The translations under genes and the position numbers were made by a program. DNA of 64,000 nt. It comes from Lingula anatina (lineage: Eukaryota; Animalia; Brachiopoda). Within the stretch, counting starts at the first letter, position 1; every line of letters begins with the position of its first letter. Shown piece by piece: positions 1 through 12,300 of this stretch. The notes beneath the pieces were generated by a model. It was given only the letters and a program-made list of their open reading frames with translations. It made no database searches and had not been told where the DNA came from. Location: positions 23,374,001 to 23,438,000 of the forward strand of contig CM120642.1 of assembly GCA_051362555.1 (NCBI GenBank). The letters are read 5' to 3'.

Positions 1-2684
1 AAGAAGCAGCTTTTTGTGAGATTTATCCAAGAATAGGTATGTATGTATTGTTGGGTGTATGCTGGAGCTACCAATCTTATCTGGTGCCTTGTCTACTTTT
101 TGATGAGTGAGTATATCCCATGACACATATACTTATGTTCAATTTTAAAACATTCTAAAGGAATTCACAAATGCAACAATTCCATTTTATATGTGTAACC
201 TGCCTATACATAGGATAGAAAGGTCCATCATTGATGAAATTGGGCCCAAGCATTTGCCTAAACTATTAAATATGTAAATTGGGTCTACAAGTACATATGA
301 TTTTTAAAGTCTGTTGCAATTCTGTACTGAAAGACCTTTTATCCTGACATGGAAAAGGTTACATTGTTAATTACAACATCCATCTCACGCAGTGATTATG
401 TATGAAGAGTTCGGGAGGGGTTACTTTATGCTGTTTATTATTTTTTATTTCTTCTCACCATGTAGCCAAGTTACATAGTTTCTTTAAGTAATGTTGATAA
501 TGCTGCATTGCTGTTTATGTTTACATTGAAGACCTAAATATTACAGCGTGTGCAGAGTGTGCTCCTGTGCACACAATCTTCAGATTAGTTGTTAGACTAA
601 GTTTAGTTAGATAAAGTTGTTAACACAGTGACACTGAAATGTGGGAGTCGTGTGAGAGATGCACAAGAGGTTATAGCCCTGTGGTTGTTTGTTTTATACT
701 GGTATCTTTAAAATGAAATCCATTTATTTGTATATATATAAGTATTAATGCATAATGTTGTAAATGGATCATCGAAAGCTTTATTTTGTAAAAGTCTTGG
801 CAGCAATCGAATGTGTAGGCTTGTGATTTTTTTCACATCACACACCAAGTCTAATACTTTCCCTCAGTTCTCTGGTAGCAGTAGCGATGCATACAATATA
901 ATATTAGGATTCTTTACCTGCATCCATCAGCTTATCTTAGTACCAGCAACATAGGCCTTCCTACTGGTTAGAAGGTTTTAATTGTTCCAAAAGGACAAAT
1001 AGTTATGCTTTTTACTGACAACCTAGGAAAAATTGGCACATTTAGTGTGGTTAGCGGACTTGGACATTTATCACTTTAGACTTTTCAACAAAATCTATTA
1101 AGTTAACATAAATCACACCTGCAATTATGGAAATGTTTTGAAAGGATATTGATGGACAACCTATAGACTAGATTTCCTGTTGCCAATTGTACAAAAATTG
1201 AAGGATAGAGGGATACATTTATAATATATGTGCAGGGATATACTGAGAGTTGGCCCTTCACTAGGTTTGAGTATGTCTGAAAATCTTACAAGTGCCCAGC
1301 AGTCTCATTCTGTTCTATCATATACAGTGTATGGCTAGAAAGATTGGGTTTTTTATTTTCAACCCAAATTCCTTATGATGCCCCTTGACAAAGGAGGATA
1401 GTTTTGATCAATGCTTATGCTGTTCAGGTATGTCTACATAAATCATGGTCTTTTGGATTCTTGATGCAAGTTCATCCTTAAAATTTTGATTTCTTTGCAG
1501 TCTGAGGGTATATGGATGTGACCAATATTAGTCTAATTGAGCATCAGGGTATACATGTGAGAAATGTGGATGTTCTATTGCATAGTTCCCTTGATTTCTA
1601 TAAAAAGAATAGTGTCACTATGTTATGAAGATAGGACAGAGAGACAGAGAAAGAGCTTGAGGGCTTTAGAGCCATCAAGGTTCCACTCAAACTGCTTTTC
1701 ACTGTATATACTGAATACAGTATACATAAAATATACCATTAAATGATGTTTAAAATTTATTGGCACAACATTATACAGTTCAAAATAACTGATAATCACA
1801 TATCATATTGTATTGTAGAGAACATTATATCAGCAGCAATGTTGACAGTGCAGTCTTCATGACTGGTTAGGTACATTCTATTCTGTCTTGTTTAATTCTT
1901 ATATTTAAATCCAGCCAAAGCTTATGTGAAAATATTTAGAGCCTAATTCAGTGAGTCATTGATACTACAAAGAAAAAATACATCTGATTTGTTAATACGC
2001 AGAATATGAAGCTTAAATCTTATGCTATTTAAGGACATATGTATATAAACAAGACAAACTGTGAAGATTTTAATGAATGAATAGCCTCTAGTTTGGACCA
2101 ATTGTATTTTTCTTATATAATGGATATGACACACCTACTCTTAAGAATAAACTATTTTCAATGGCAAAGTTCTGTTCTGATTTAAAATAATGCTGATTGA
2201 ACTATCACAGAATGTATTAATGATTGCATTAAATTATATCAAAATTTAACATTTCAAAATTATCAATATTATACATCTCAGTTCCATCACAGTTTAAAAT
2301 ATGAAAGTAAATTATTTACAAACCATGGAAAGAAACAATATTTTAAAAATACCCTAACAAACATTTTTGGCTAAAACAGGAATTAGTAAACATCTTCATA
2401 TAGTGAAGCACACAATGAATCTACAATCAACCCAAGATGCCCTGTCTAAATATGATTTGACAGCTCTGCTGCCTTGTTAAAACTCCTTCCAATCCAACAA
2501 CAGTAATGAATATGAATTTCTCAACATTTTCTTTGAGAATGTCTATCATATTTATACTTATTATTTCTTTATTTCATTATTATTATTTTTTTTGTAGAAT
2601 TCTCATCCCCTTCCTTCCATCAACTTGGTGATTAATCACAGCCAACTGCATAACCACATGGCAAATGGAGTTCCTCAAGCTGTG

Positions 2685-5600
2685 CTATTTTCTGTTTGCT
2701 ATCTTCAACAGTTTTGTATCTAACACTTCCTTTTCCCTTCTTAATGCAGATTTTGTTAACCTTACAGCCTCCATTTGGTCTACATTTTGCAACACAAAGA
2801 CTTCCCCAAAAATGGAAATAATGTGAAGCAAGTTCAGATCATTCCTGTTGTACTTGGCCTTCATGAAAAGCAGTTTCTCCTTCACATCAGCCTTCTGACA
2901 AAGCTCGACAAGCTTCATTGGCCAACCATTGCCTGTTTCTAACAAGTGGTTTTTCACTAACAGCCCCAACCTAATTCTGTCTTCTTCAAATGATTCTGCA
3001 TTTGTCTTCACTTCAGCACTAGATAATCTTACAAGAAACTTCTTTTTACTTTCTATGACTTCAAAGGTGTCCCCACAGCCTCCGAGTACGTCAACCAAAT
3101 CTATATTTTCATCACGTGTATATTTCATGGTTTTGTAGATTTCCATCTTTTTCAACTGCCTCTCTATATCTGCCTGTTGGGCAAGCACTTCCAGGCTTAT
3201 TGGCAATATGGTTGCTGTTACATGACTCTTGACTAACTGAGTCAAGAGCTGTTTATCTCTCTCATATGTTTCCTTTTGTATACAGGCCCTTGTAAACCTC
3301 AAAGCCCCATTGTCATCTAATGCAAAGGTTTTACCAAGCCTTCTAAAAATTGTTCTCAATTCCAAACCAGCACTGCATTTCTCTCTCATGAGCTTCAGTT
3401 GCTCCCTGATGTCAGCCTTCTCCTCAAGCTGGCTCAGTGTCATGGCCCCATATGAGTCCTGCTCCCATCTAGATAAATGCTGTTTCACCAACTGAGCAAA
3501 ATACTGATAGTCTTCATCTAACAACTGTCCAGTCTCCTTCAACCTGGCTCCAACAGGTGGCTCATGATTCATGGGGAGAGTTTTCACTGTCACTAAATTG
3601 GCTGCATCAACTTTGTTATTTCCATTAACCACCTGGTCTTGTGGTTTTACATAGGGAACCATTGTCACTTTCTTCTTTTGTTTTACATCACCTATACTCT
3701 GTTTCTCTACTGTAGGTGTTTCATCAGAGTTACCTTTACTTTTTCCACCATCAAAACCAAGACCCTGTGATGGTACATTGGAAACAATGGTAACTTCACT
3801 CATGGCATTTTCATCATCTTTCATTTGTGCTTTGCGAGTAGGTGGCGCAGCAGCTTCATCTTTTTCATCATTCAAATCGGGGCCATGAGGTGTTGCATGT
3901 GCTTTAAGCTTTTCCTCGTCTTTCATCTTGTTCTCCATATCAGGCACTGCAGAAACTCCCTGTTTCCTTCCAATAACATCTTTCATCTGCACAAAATCAA
4001 CACCTTTCACTTGGCTCACCAAGAACTGGTTGTTTTCTAAGAGGTGATACTTCAGCTTAAAATTCTTTTTATGTTTGGCTCTTAAGCTTAGAAGGATACA
4101 TCTCACAGAAGGCACTGTACCCAAGGCTGAAAGCAATACTGGCTCCTTAACTTTTGATAAGTGTTCAACTATTTCCCGTGTCAAGATGTATTTGATATTT
4201 TTCATTTGCACAAAATCAATATCTTTCACATGGCTCAACAAGAACTGGTTATTTTCTAAGAGGTGATTCTTCAGTTTAAAATTCTTTTCATATTTGGCTC
4301 TTATGCTTAAAAGAATACATCTAACAGAGGGCACTGTACCCAGTGTACTAAGGGATACTGGTTCCTCCACTTGTAATAAGTGTTCAACTATTTGCTGAGT
4401 TAAAGTGAATTTCTCCTGATCAAAAGCACTATGATCTCTGTGGGTTTCATTTTTGAAACCAGTCTGTATTTCACTCCCAGTTACAATGCAGGCCTCCTTA
4501 ACATCAAAAACAAATTGGCTTGGACCACCTGGGCTAACAGGTAATGCACTGGGCTGAGGGGCATCAGCAGACTGACCTGGGCTCTCTGATAACTGCACAC
4601 AGGGAATCACTGTCACTTTCTTCTCTGGTTTTATATCATCTATCCTTTGTTTCTCCACAGCAGTTGTTTCAGCGGCTTTACCTTCACTTTGTCCACCATC
4701 AAAACCAAGACCCTGTGATGGCACACTGGAAACAACAGTAACTTCCCTCTTGGTATTTTCATCATCTTTCATTTGTACCTTCACAGTAGGTGGTCCAGCA
4801 GCTATATCTTTTTCATCATTTAAATCAGAGCCATGAGGTATCATCCATGGTATCTTTGTAGCATGTGCTGCATCAACTTTGTTATTTCCATTAACCATCT
4901 GGTCCTGTGGTTTTACATAGGGAACCATTGTCACTTTCGTCTTTGGTTTTATATCATCTATCCTTTGTATCTCTTCTTTAGGTGCTTCAACAGAGTTACC
5001 TTTACTTTTTCCACCATCAAAACCAAGACCCTGTGATGGCACAATGGTAACTTCCCTCTTGGTATTTTCATCATCCTTCATTTGTGCCTCCACAGTAGGT
5101 GGTCCAGCAGCTTCATCTTTTTCATCATTTAAATCAGAGCCGTGTGATGTCATGCATGACATCACTGTAGCATGTGCTTTAAGCTTTTCTTTGCTATTAT
5201 TGTTTTTCTCCATATAAGGCATTTCAGAAAATCTAACATCACATTTCCCTTGTGTCTCCATAGCAGGTGCTGCTGAAGCTTCAATGCCAGTTCTTCCATC
5301 TTCCCTGTCTTCCTCCATGACAAGTGCCCCAGCAACATATGCTTCATCGTTTTCAAAGTTTAAACCAGAGCCAGGGGTCATGAATTGTTTTATTGTAACA
5401 TGTGCCTTAATCTTTTCTTCATCTTTCATCTTTTTCTCCAAAGGAGGCACTGCAGATACTCCCTGCATCCTTTTGACATCTTTTATCTGCACAAAATCAG
5501 CACCTTTCACATGACTCAACAAGAACTGGTTATTTTCTAAGAGGTGATCCTTCAGCTTGAAACCCTTTTTATGTTTGGCTCTTATGCTCAGTACAATACA

Positions 5601-8600
5601 TCTTACAGAAGGCACTGTACCCAAGGCTGAAAGCAATACTGGCTCCTTCACCTGTGATAAGTGTTCAACTATTTGCTGAGTCAAGATGTATTTCTCCTGA
5701 TCAAAAGCACTATGATCTGTATGGGTTTCATTTGTCATACCAGTCTGCATTTCACTCCCAGGTAGAATGCAGGTCTCTTTAACCCCTAAACCGAAATGCC
5801 TTGGGCTAACTGGTAATGCACTTTTTCCACCACCAAATCCAAGACCCTGTGATGGCACACTGGAAACAAAGGTAACTTCCCTCTTGGTATTTTCATCTTT
5901 CATTTGTGCTTCCACAGTAGGTAGTCCAGCAGCTTCATCTTTTTCATCATTCAAATCAGGGCCATGAGGTGTCATGCATGATATCTTTGAAGCATGTGCT
6001 TTAAGCTTTTTTTCAGCTTTAATCTTTTGCTCCATATGAGGCATTGCAGAAACTTTAACATCACATTTCCTATGTGTCTCAACAGCAGGAGCTCCTGAAG
6101 CTTTATTGCCAATTTTTTTATCTTCCCCGTCTTCCTCCATGACAAGTGCCCCAGCAGCATCAACTCCACCTTTTTCATGCTTTTTATACTCAACCTGTAT
6201 GTGTGCCCTTTTAGCATCATGAAACTGGCTTGGGCCACTTGGGTCAACAGTTAACATACTGGACTGAATGGTAGGCTCTGTGGCACCTTCAATATGGCTC
6301 AAGGTGACAAATGGTGTCACATTAGCACAATCTGTATCCTCTGCTTTGTTCAAACATACAGCTTCAGTGTTCCAGATCTTTACCATCCTAAACAAATGTC
6401 CATGTTCTTCAATGCACTTGGTTAATGTGTAAGATGGTTCATGTTCTATCACCAAGAACAAATGACTCCCTACATCAGGATGCTTTTTCAAACAAGACAA
6501 TGTAACTGGGGACCTAGAGGTTTGCAACACAGATTCAATACTTTTGGCCAAATCAGCATGATATTGGTTGTTCAGTGCACTGGATACCTCTGTCAGTGTG
6601 CCCAACTGACCATACTCTTCCAACATTGTACAAGAAGACGGTCTCTCAACAATAGCAGCATTTTCTCCATTCTGAACAAGAGTAACATTAAGCATATCTT
6701 GTTTTGCCATTCCTTCTAATTGTGGTTTTCCTTGAAACATTGTCCTAGAAGGTGAAAGATCAACTACTGAATCTTCTGCATTCTTGACAAATGCAAAATC
6801 AAGCAAATCTAGCTGTGATAATTCTTCTGATGATAGTTGTCCTTGTTTCACATCAGAAGCTGGAATATCAACTACTGCATCCCCTGCAGTCTTGACATAT
6901 GTAATACCAAGCATATCTTGCTCTGCAAATTCAACAGATGATGGTTGTCCTTGTAGCACGATATCAGAAACTGGAAGAGCTACTGCTTCATCTTCTCCAT
7001 TCTTGGCAGTCGTAACATCAAGCACATCTTGCTGTGCTAAGTTACGTGATGATGGTTGTCCTTGTAACATTATATCAGAAGTTGGCAGCTGAACTACTAC
7101 ATCTTCCCCTTCCTTGTCAAGAGTAACATGAAGTAAACCTTGTTTTATCATTTTATCAAAAAACCTTTGCCAAGAAAAGTCACCAAATGACTGGCCTCGC
7201 AGCTGATCAGCCAATCTCTTCACACTAGGGGTTCTGCTAAGTTCTTTGAAAGAAGCAGTGTTTGTAGGTGGTTTGTGCAGTTCTAGTACTGCAATAATAC
7301 AGTCAAGTAGTTCGTCTTCACTTGCTTTGTGTAGATATTCCCTTCCATGGTCTTCTTCTCTTTCTTCTTCCCCTTCCAATGCTGCAAGTTTCTTCAATGC
7401 ATCTGAAGCTAAGGCACTACAAGGTTGAATTGTCTTCATTGTCTCTCGCAAAGTTTTTATATAAGTTTCATCAAATACCCTAGTATCATAAGGCACCAAG
7501 TATGTAAAGACCCCTGTTTCTGGTGCAAATGCATTGACAGTCACAGTAGTGGTATCCTTTCTTTTTCTTTCTTTTTTCTTTTTTGTTCTCTTGCTTGAGG
7601 ATGTTTTTGGATTAACTGTATCCATTTTTTCCAACCTCTCAGACCCATCACCAGCACTCTCTGTTAATGCTATTTCAGTCATAGTCATATCTTCCAATTC
7701 ACTGATTTTCTCCATATTTCTACTGTCATCACCACCAGCTATTGCATTATCGCCATCCGGGCTTGCAGCTATACTGGCAGTTTCCACCAAGTCGTGAAGC
7801 TCTTTCAACAATGGACTCACATTAGGGAGAAATTCAAGGGAACCTGAAACCTTTTGTCTCACTTCATTTATCTTCAGGAGGATTGGATGGGTCAATGGGT
7901 GCTTTTTTGTGAATTTCATCTCATGTTCAAAGATGGTGGCTGATACCATGCGTCCACTCTCTACATCAACTTTCCAAGTTGCTCCATATCTGCACTTGTG
8001 AAAGGTAAGCAGGAGAACCATAGCCCAAAGATTGTCATATTCACATGGTAGAGCAGTAAATCCCTCAACCCAGGCAGAACTTTTACTACCGGAAACGAAA
8101 TTATAGAATACCCCATAGTGTTCCTGCATTGCGGTATCACAAGAAAACCCTATAGGGTTCCTCCAACAAGGAAGAGCCTGGCACACTACTCCTGGGGTCT
8201 TCAAAGGAGCCCCTGCTGTACTGAGAATTGTCCATATGATTCGGTATGGCTGCTTTGGGCTGCGTAGTTCAGTTCTACTGCTAAAAGTTTCATTGCTATG
8301 ATCAGTGTTTTTGGAACCATTTTCTGTATCGTCACATTCACTTTCTTGCTGCTCTATGTTACTGGCATTCAATTCTTCAGGCATTTCTACTAAGAAGGTT
8401 CTGTTGCCTTCCCCAAACTGATATAGGAGGTGAGCTTTCAATGGGATATCTCTTATAACTCCTCTGTTTGATGCTTTGATGGCATTACTATAATCTAAAA
8501 TTATATTCCCTGAAGCAATAAACCTCACAGCATCAGGATCTGCAATCTTTTTCAAAATTTGAGTTGCAAAATCTGGTTTCTTCAGCATTATGGTTGGGGG

Positions 8601-9385
8601 ATTAACCAATGCCACAGAGGTTGTAGGATCTACACCAGCCTTCTTCATTGCTTCTGTCAAAGCTTTTCGTCTAATACCTTCCTTGTCTTGCTCTCCTTCA
8701 TGTACTTTCCCAAAGGCCACCATTGGGCTAAGACCAGCTGTTAATATGGTTTGAAGCAATCCCATATCTTTGGAAAATATGCTAAGCCATTCTTTCTCTG
8801 AGGACAAATGACCAGCTACACCTTTCCTTCCTTTTCCCCACAAAACCCTCCTAGAAGTGTCCTGACTTTGAATCTTGCCCTTTTGATTTAAAGCATCCAA
8901 AAGCATCTGCACATCAAGAGCATTCTTTGATCCCTCTGGTAAAAATGACAGCAAACATGTAGCAAGATTTTGCACAAGATTTTCAAGAAGACCCAGCCTC
9001 TTGCTATCCACATGGTACATATGACAGAAGTCTGCTCGTACATTTTTATGAGTATTTCTACCTTCCTGCCCTCTTCTAGCAGTTTTAAGCCATTCTAGGA
9101 ACATTTGCCTCAGCATAATAGGCTCACTGTAGTAGCCCCTATCAAACTTGTTGCGAGCACTGGAGCTAAAATGCAAAGACTGGATGAACTGTGCATCTTC
9201 CTTCAGAATCTTCTTTGTTGGCATGGTGAATGGATCTTTGGCTTGTAAGGATGCTGCCATTATAATGCCATCACAGGGACAGTCAAAAAGAACACCAAAC
9301 ATGATGACACATGTCAGGTGTAGATTCACAGGCAGTCGCATGTCTAACATACCCAGGGTTGTGATGCTGGCATTTTCATCATTGT
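2685..9385 (-). CDS. 6.7-kb terminal coding exon of the helicase gene (HA2, basic NLS-like patch, repeats, LOTUS-like domains)
   Basis: The 2221-aa ORF extends upstream to an acceptor AG at 9387-9386. Phase 1 matches the upstream exon. Contains KRTKKKKERKRK and internal duplications. Confidence 0.9.
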
Positions 9386-12300
9386 CTGTAAATTGATAAA
9401 TTTATCTAAAGAATTCACTTTTTTTTTTGCAAAATTTTTGTAAATATAATTAAATGTCTAGCACTTCCAATCAACATTCCATAAAAATCAGCACATATTA
9501 CAAGACAATTAACTAACTAATAATCTTTGTTACCTTCGATGGCTCCCAAGTTTGCCAGCATCTCTATAGCAGCATATATGTTGTCAATATCTGGTGGTTC
9601 TATGGTCTGCAGAAGTAACTCAGTTGGGCGAAGCTCTGGTGCTATTTTCTTGCCTGAAAACACATTCCACAATAAACATTCACTATCTTATATATCTTAT
9701 TTTAATTTCAATGCCACATATTATAAAAATTCAACCGACTGTCATGTTCCATCAAATATAACTCAGTTACTACATCAGCTGTACAACTAAACATATTTGC
9801 GTGAACAAATTTTCAGTTTCAAAAAAATCTACTCAACCAGAGAGGCAGAAAGCTCAGACTTTGCATTTTCCGAGTTAACTAATATAATTGTTATCATTCA
9901 CAGCACCACTGCACTGAGAATGATGGCTAAGGGACCATTCCCAGAGACTATCGTCTAACTTTGGATCGACCTATCTCCACAGGGATTCTTACTAAATTGC
10001 CATCAACTTAACCGGCTTAATTGACTGTCATGCCTAGTAAGGCTGTTAGGGGGTAATTAACTAGCAGAGACCGAGTGTGCATGAATAATTACCCCCTAGA
10101 TGATCGGTAGGCGTGACAGCCACTTAACTTGATAGCAATATTTAGTGTGGACCCAACTGGAGTTAGACCAATCCTGCTGGATCGATCTAGGGATGGGAAC
10201 CCAGTCTATTGCTAGAATATTATTTATGATAATCAGAATTGCAGTGAGTACAAACATTTTATAGGTTCTCTCAATCGTTACCAAAACAATGAATACAAGT
10301 TACTATGCCAATTACTCATCAGGCCCATAGCCAGCAATTTCAAGGGGGGGGGGTTCTTTTTCTGAAAAAGTGGACCTTTTACCGAAAAATCCCAATGTAC
10401 TTATGTCAAATTTTACCCAGAGTGGACCTTTTTTCAGCAAAAAGGGGGGTTCTTTCGAACCCCCAGAACTCCCCCTGGCTACGGGCCTGCTCATTATTGC
10501 TCAGCATTTCAGCAAGTTGCAGTCTATAACTAGTAGTTATTTCTCTCTATCTCAATCTCTCTCTATATATATTTAAAGTAGTTTGATGAAGGGTGCTCAT
10601 GCAGAAAAAGTCATCAAAGACAAAAAATGGGTTTTATATACAAAAAATGTGGAAAAAGATCTCATCAGAAATAGAAATGTACATGATGATGATGATACAC
10701 TTGCCTATAAATTTAACTTCCAGCACAATTTTTTCAAGTGGAGAAATTCTCATCTGTGGCATATCGTACTTGGCCTGCATGTCATAGTGCTTCTTTGTGA
10801 ACATTCTGATACAAACACCCGGAAAAACTCTGCCAGCTCGACCTGTATATAATAAAGTAATCCTTGACGTTGTTGTTCATCAACAGGTTCCACAAAACCA
10901 AAATTATACAGTCAAACACCACTAAGGCCCTTTTCACATTGAGTGGTATAGTTTTCCATATCACACCAGTAATTCCGATTGAAACTATGGTTGTAGATCG
11001 ATCAAAATCCGCAGGGAATCTTGCTGAATGGCTCAGCATAGAATACAGAAAAGCTGGTAATTATACCAGCTAGTACAGTGGAAGCAAGAAGAGGTATGTT
11101 AATCTGCTAATTTTATTGCATTCAGAGTTCTCAGCAAAGTTGATTTAATCTACATAGACTGATTAAGAGTAACAAAAACAAAACTTTTTTTTATTATCTA
11201 ATGAGAGGCAGTTAAAAAATTTGTCATAATTACATGTTAGAACCAGTTATGTGAAAAGTGCCTATAACTTCACTCAATGCTCACTTCTTTTATCTAATAT
11301 ATATATATATACAGCCATACAGGTTATGAGATTTTCTTCGTCTGAAAGGTCCTTATTCATTTTACATCATAAGCGTGAATATATTAATGAATACATCCTA
11401 TTATAAGCTACAAAATTACAAAACCATGCCCCCCAAAATATGATGAAAGCTGTTTGGCATTCTGTGACTATCTCATTAAAAATCTACCATTAGAATCAAA
11501 TTTCATACTGTTAATTAAATTTGTGAATTACCCTTTCTTTGCTCCATGGAAGCCTTGGAGCACCACAGAGATTCCAGCATTCTCATCTTGTACTTAGGGC
11601 GATAAACTATCTGTTTGCGTCTCCCAAAATCCAGCACAACACGCACTTTAGGAAGTGTCAGGGAACTTTCTGCCACATTTGTAGCAATGATCACATGTGC
11701 CACATCAGGAGGTGGTGGTTGGAATGCCTGGAGCTGGTCTTCAAATGGAATCTGAAAAAAAATCATATAATAATCATAATAAAATCCTAAAATCCACATT
11801 GGCAGCATATCTGAATAAAAAATCAAAGCCATGTTTCTATGAGTATGACTTACACTCCCTTAAAAAAGACTTAAGTTACTGGTTATTTCAAAAGACTAAA
11901 ATCACAATTATAACACATGACAAAGTTAATCAATGTATCAAATAACTGCCTTTAATAATAATTATTATTATCATTATTATCATTATTATCATTATTATTA
12001 TTATAGCTTCAGTGAACTATTCCTTAATCATTATCAGTGATATAGCTTCCAATTTCCATTGATTTTACATTTGTAGTAACCATGTGTGATATATGACATA
12101 AAATGACCTCTATAACTGAGCCCTAAACTGATTTTATAAGTGTGTATGTGTGTGTGTACATGTGTTATGAAGACATCAATTTGACCCTCCTGGGAGCATA
12201 AAATAATTGTTTATGGCACATAATTATATATCATCAAGTTTTGAAATGGAATTAATTTGTTTTATTGTTGTAGTAGCTAATTTCAATGAAAAATGTTAAG

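Noticed and set aside
1-42. Possible end of a plus-strand exon at the window edge (...CAAGAATAG|GTATGT)
   Set aside because: Only 36 nt are available, no product is recognisable, and no downstream exon could be supported.
2685-9350. The 2221-aa ORF as a stand-alone gene or retroelement/viral polyprotein
   Set aside because: It starts mid-HA2, has an in-phase acceptor at 9385, and shows no RT, integrase, protease or capsid motifs.
2929-9396. Many short plus-strand ORFs overlapping the large exon
   Set aside because: Antisense shadows of a long coding exon, Ser/Phe-rich, with no homology or splice support.
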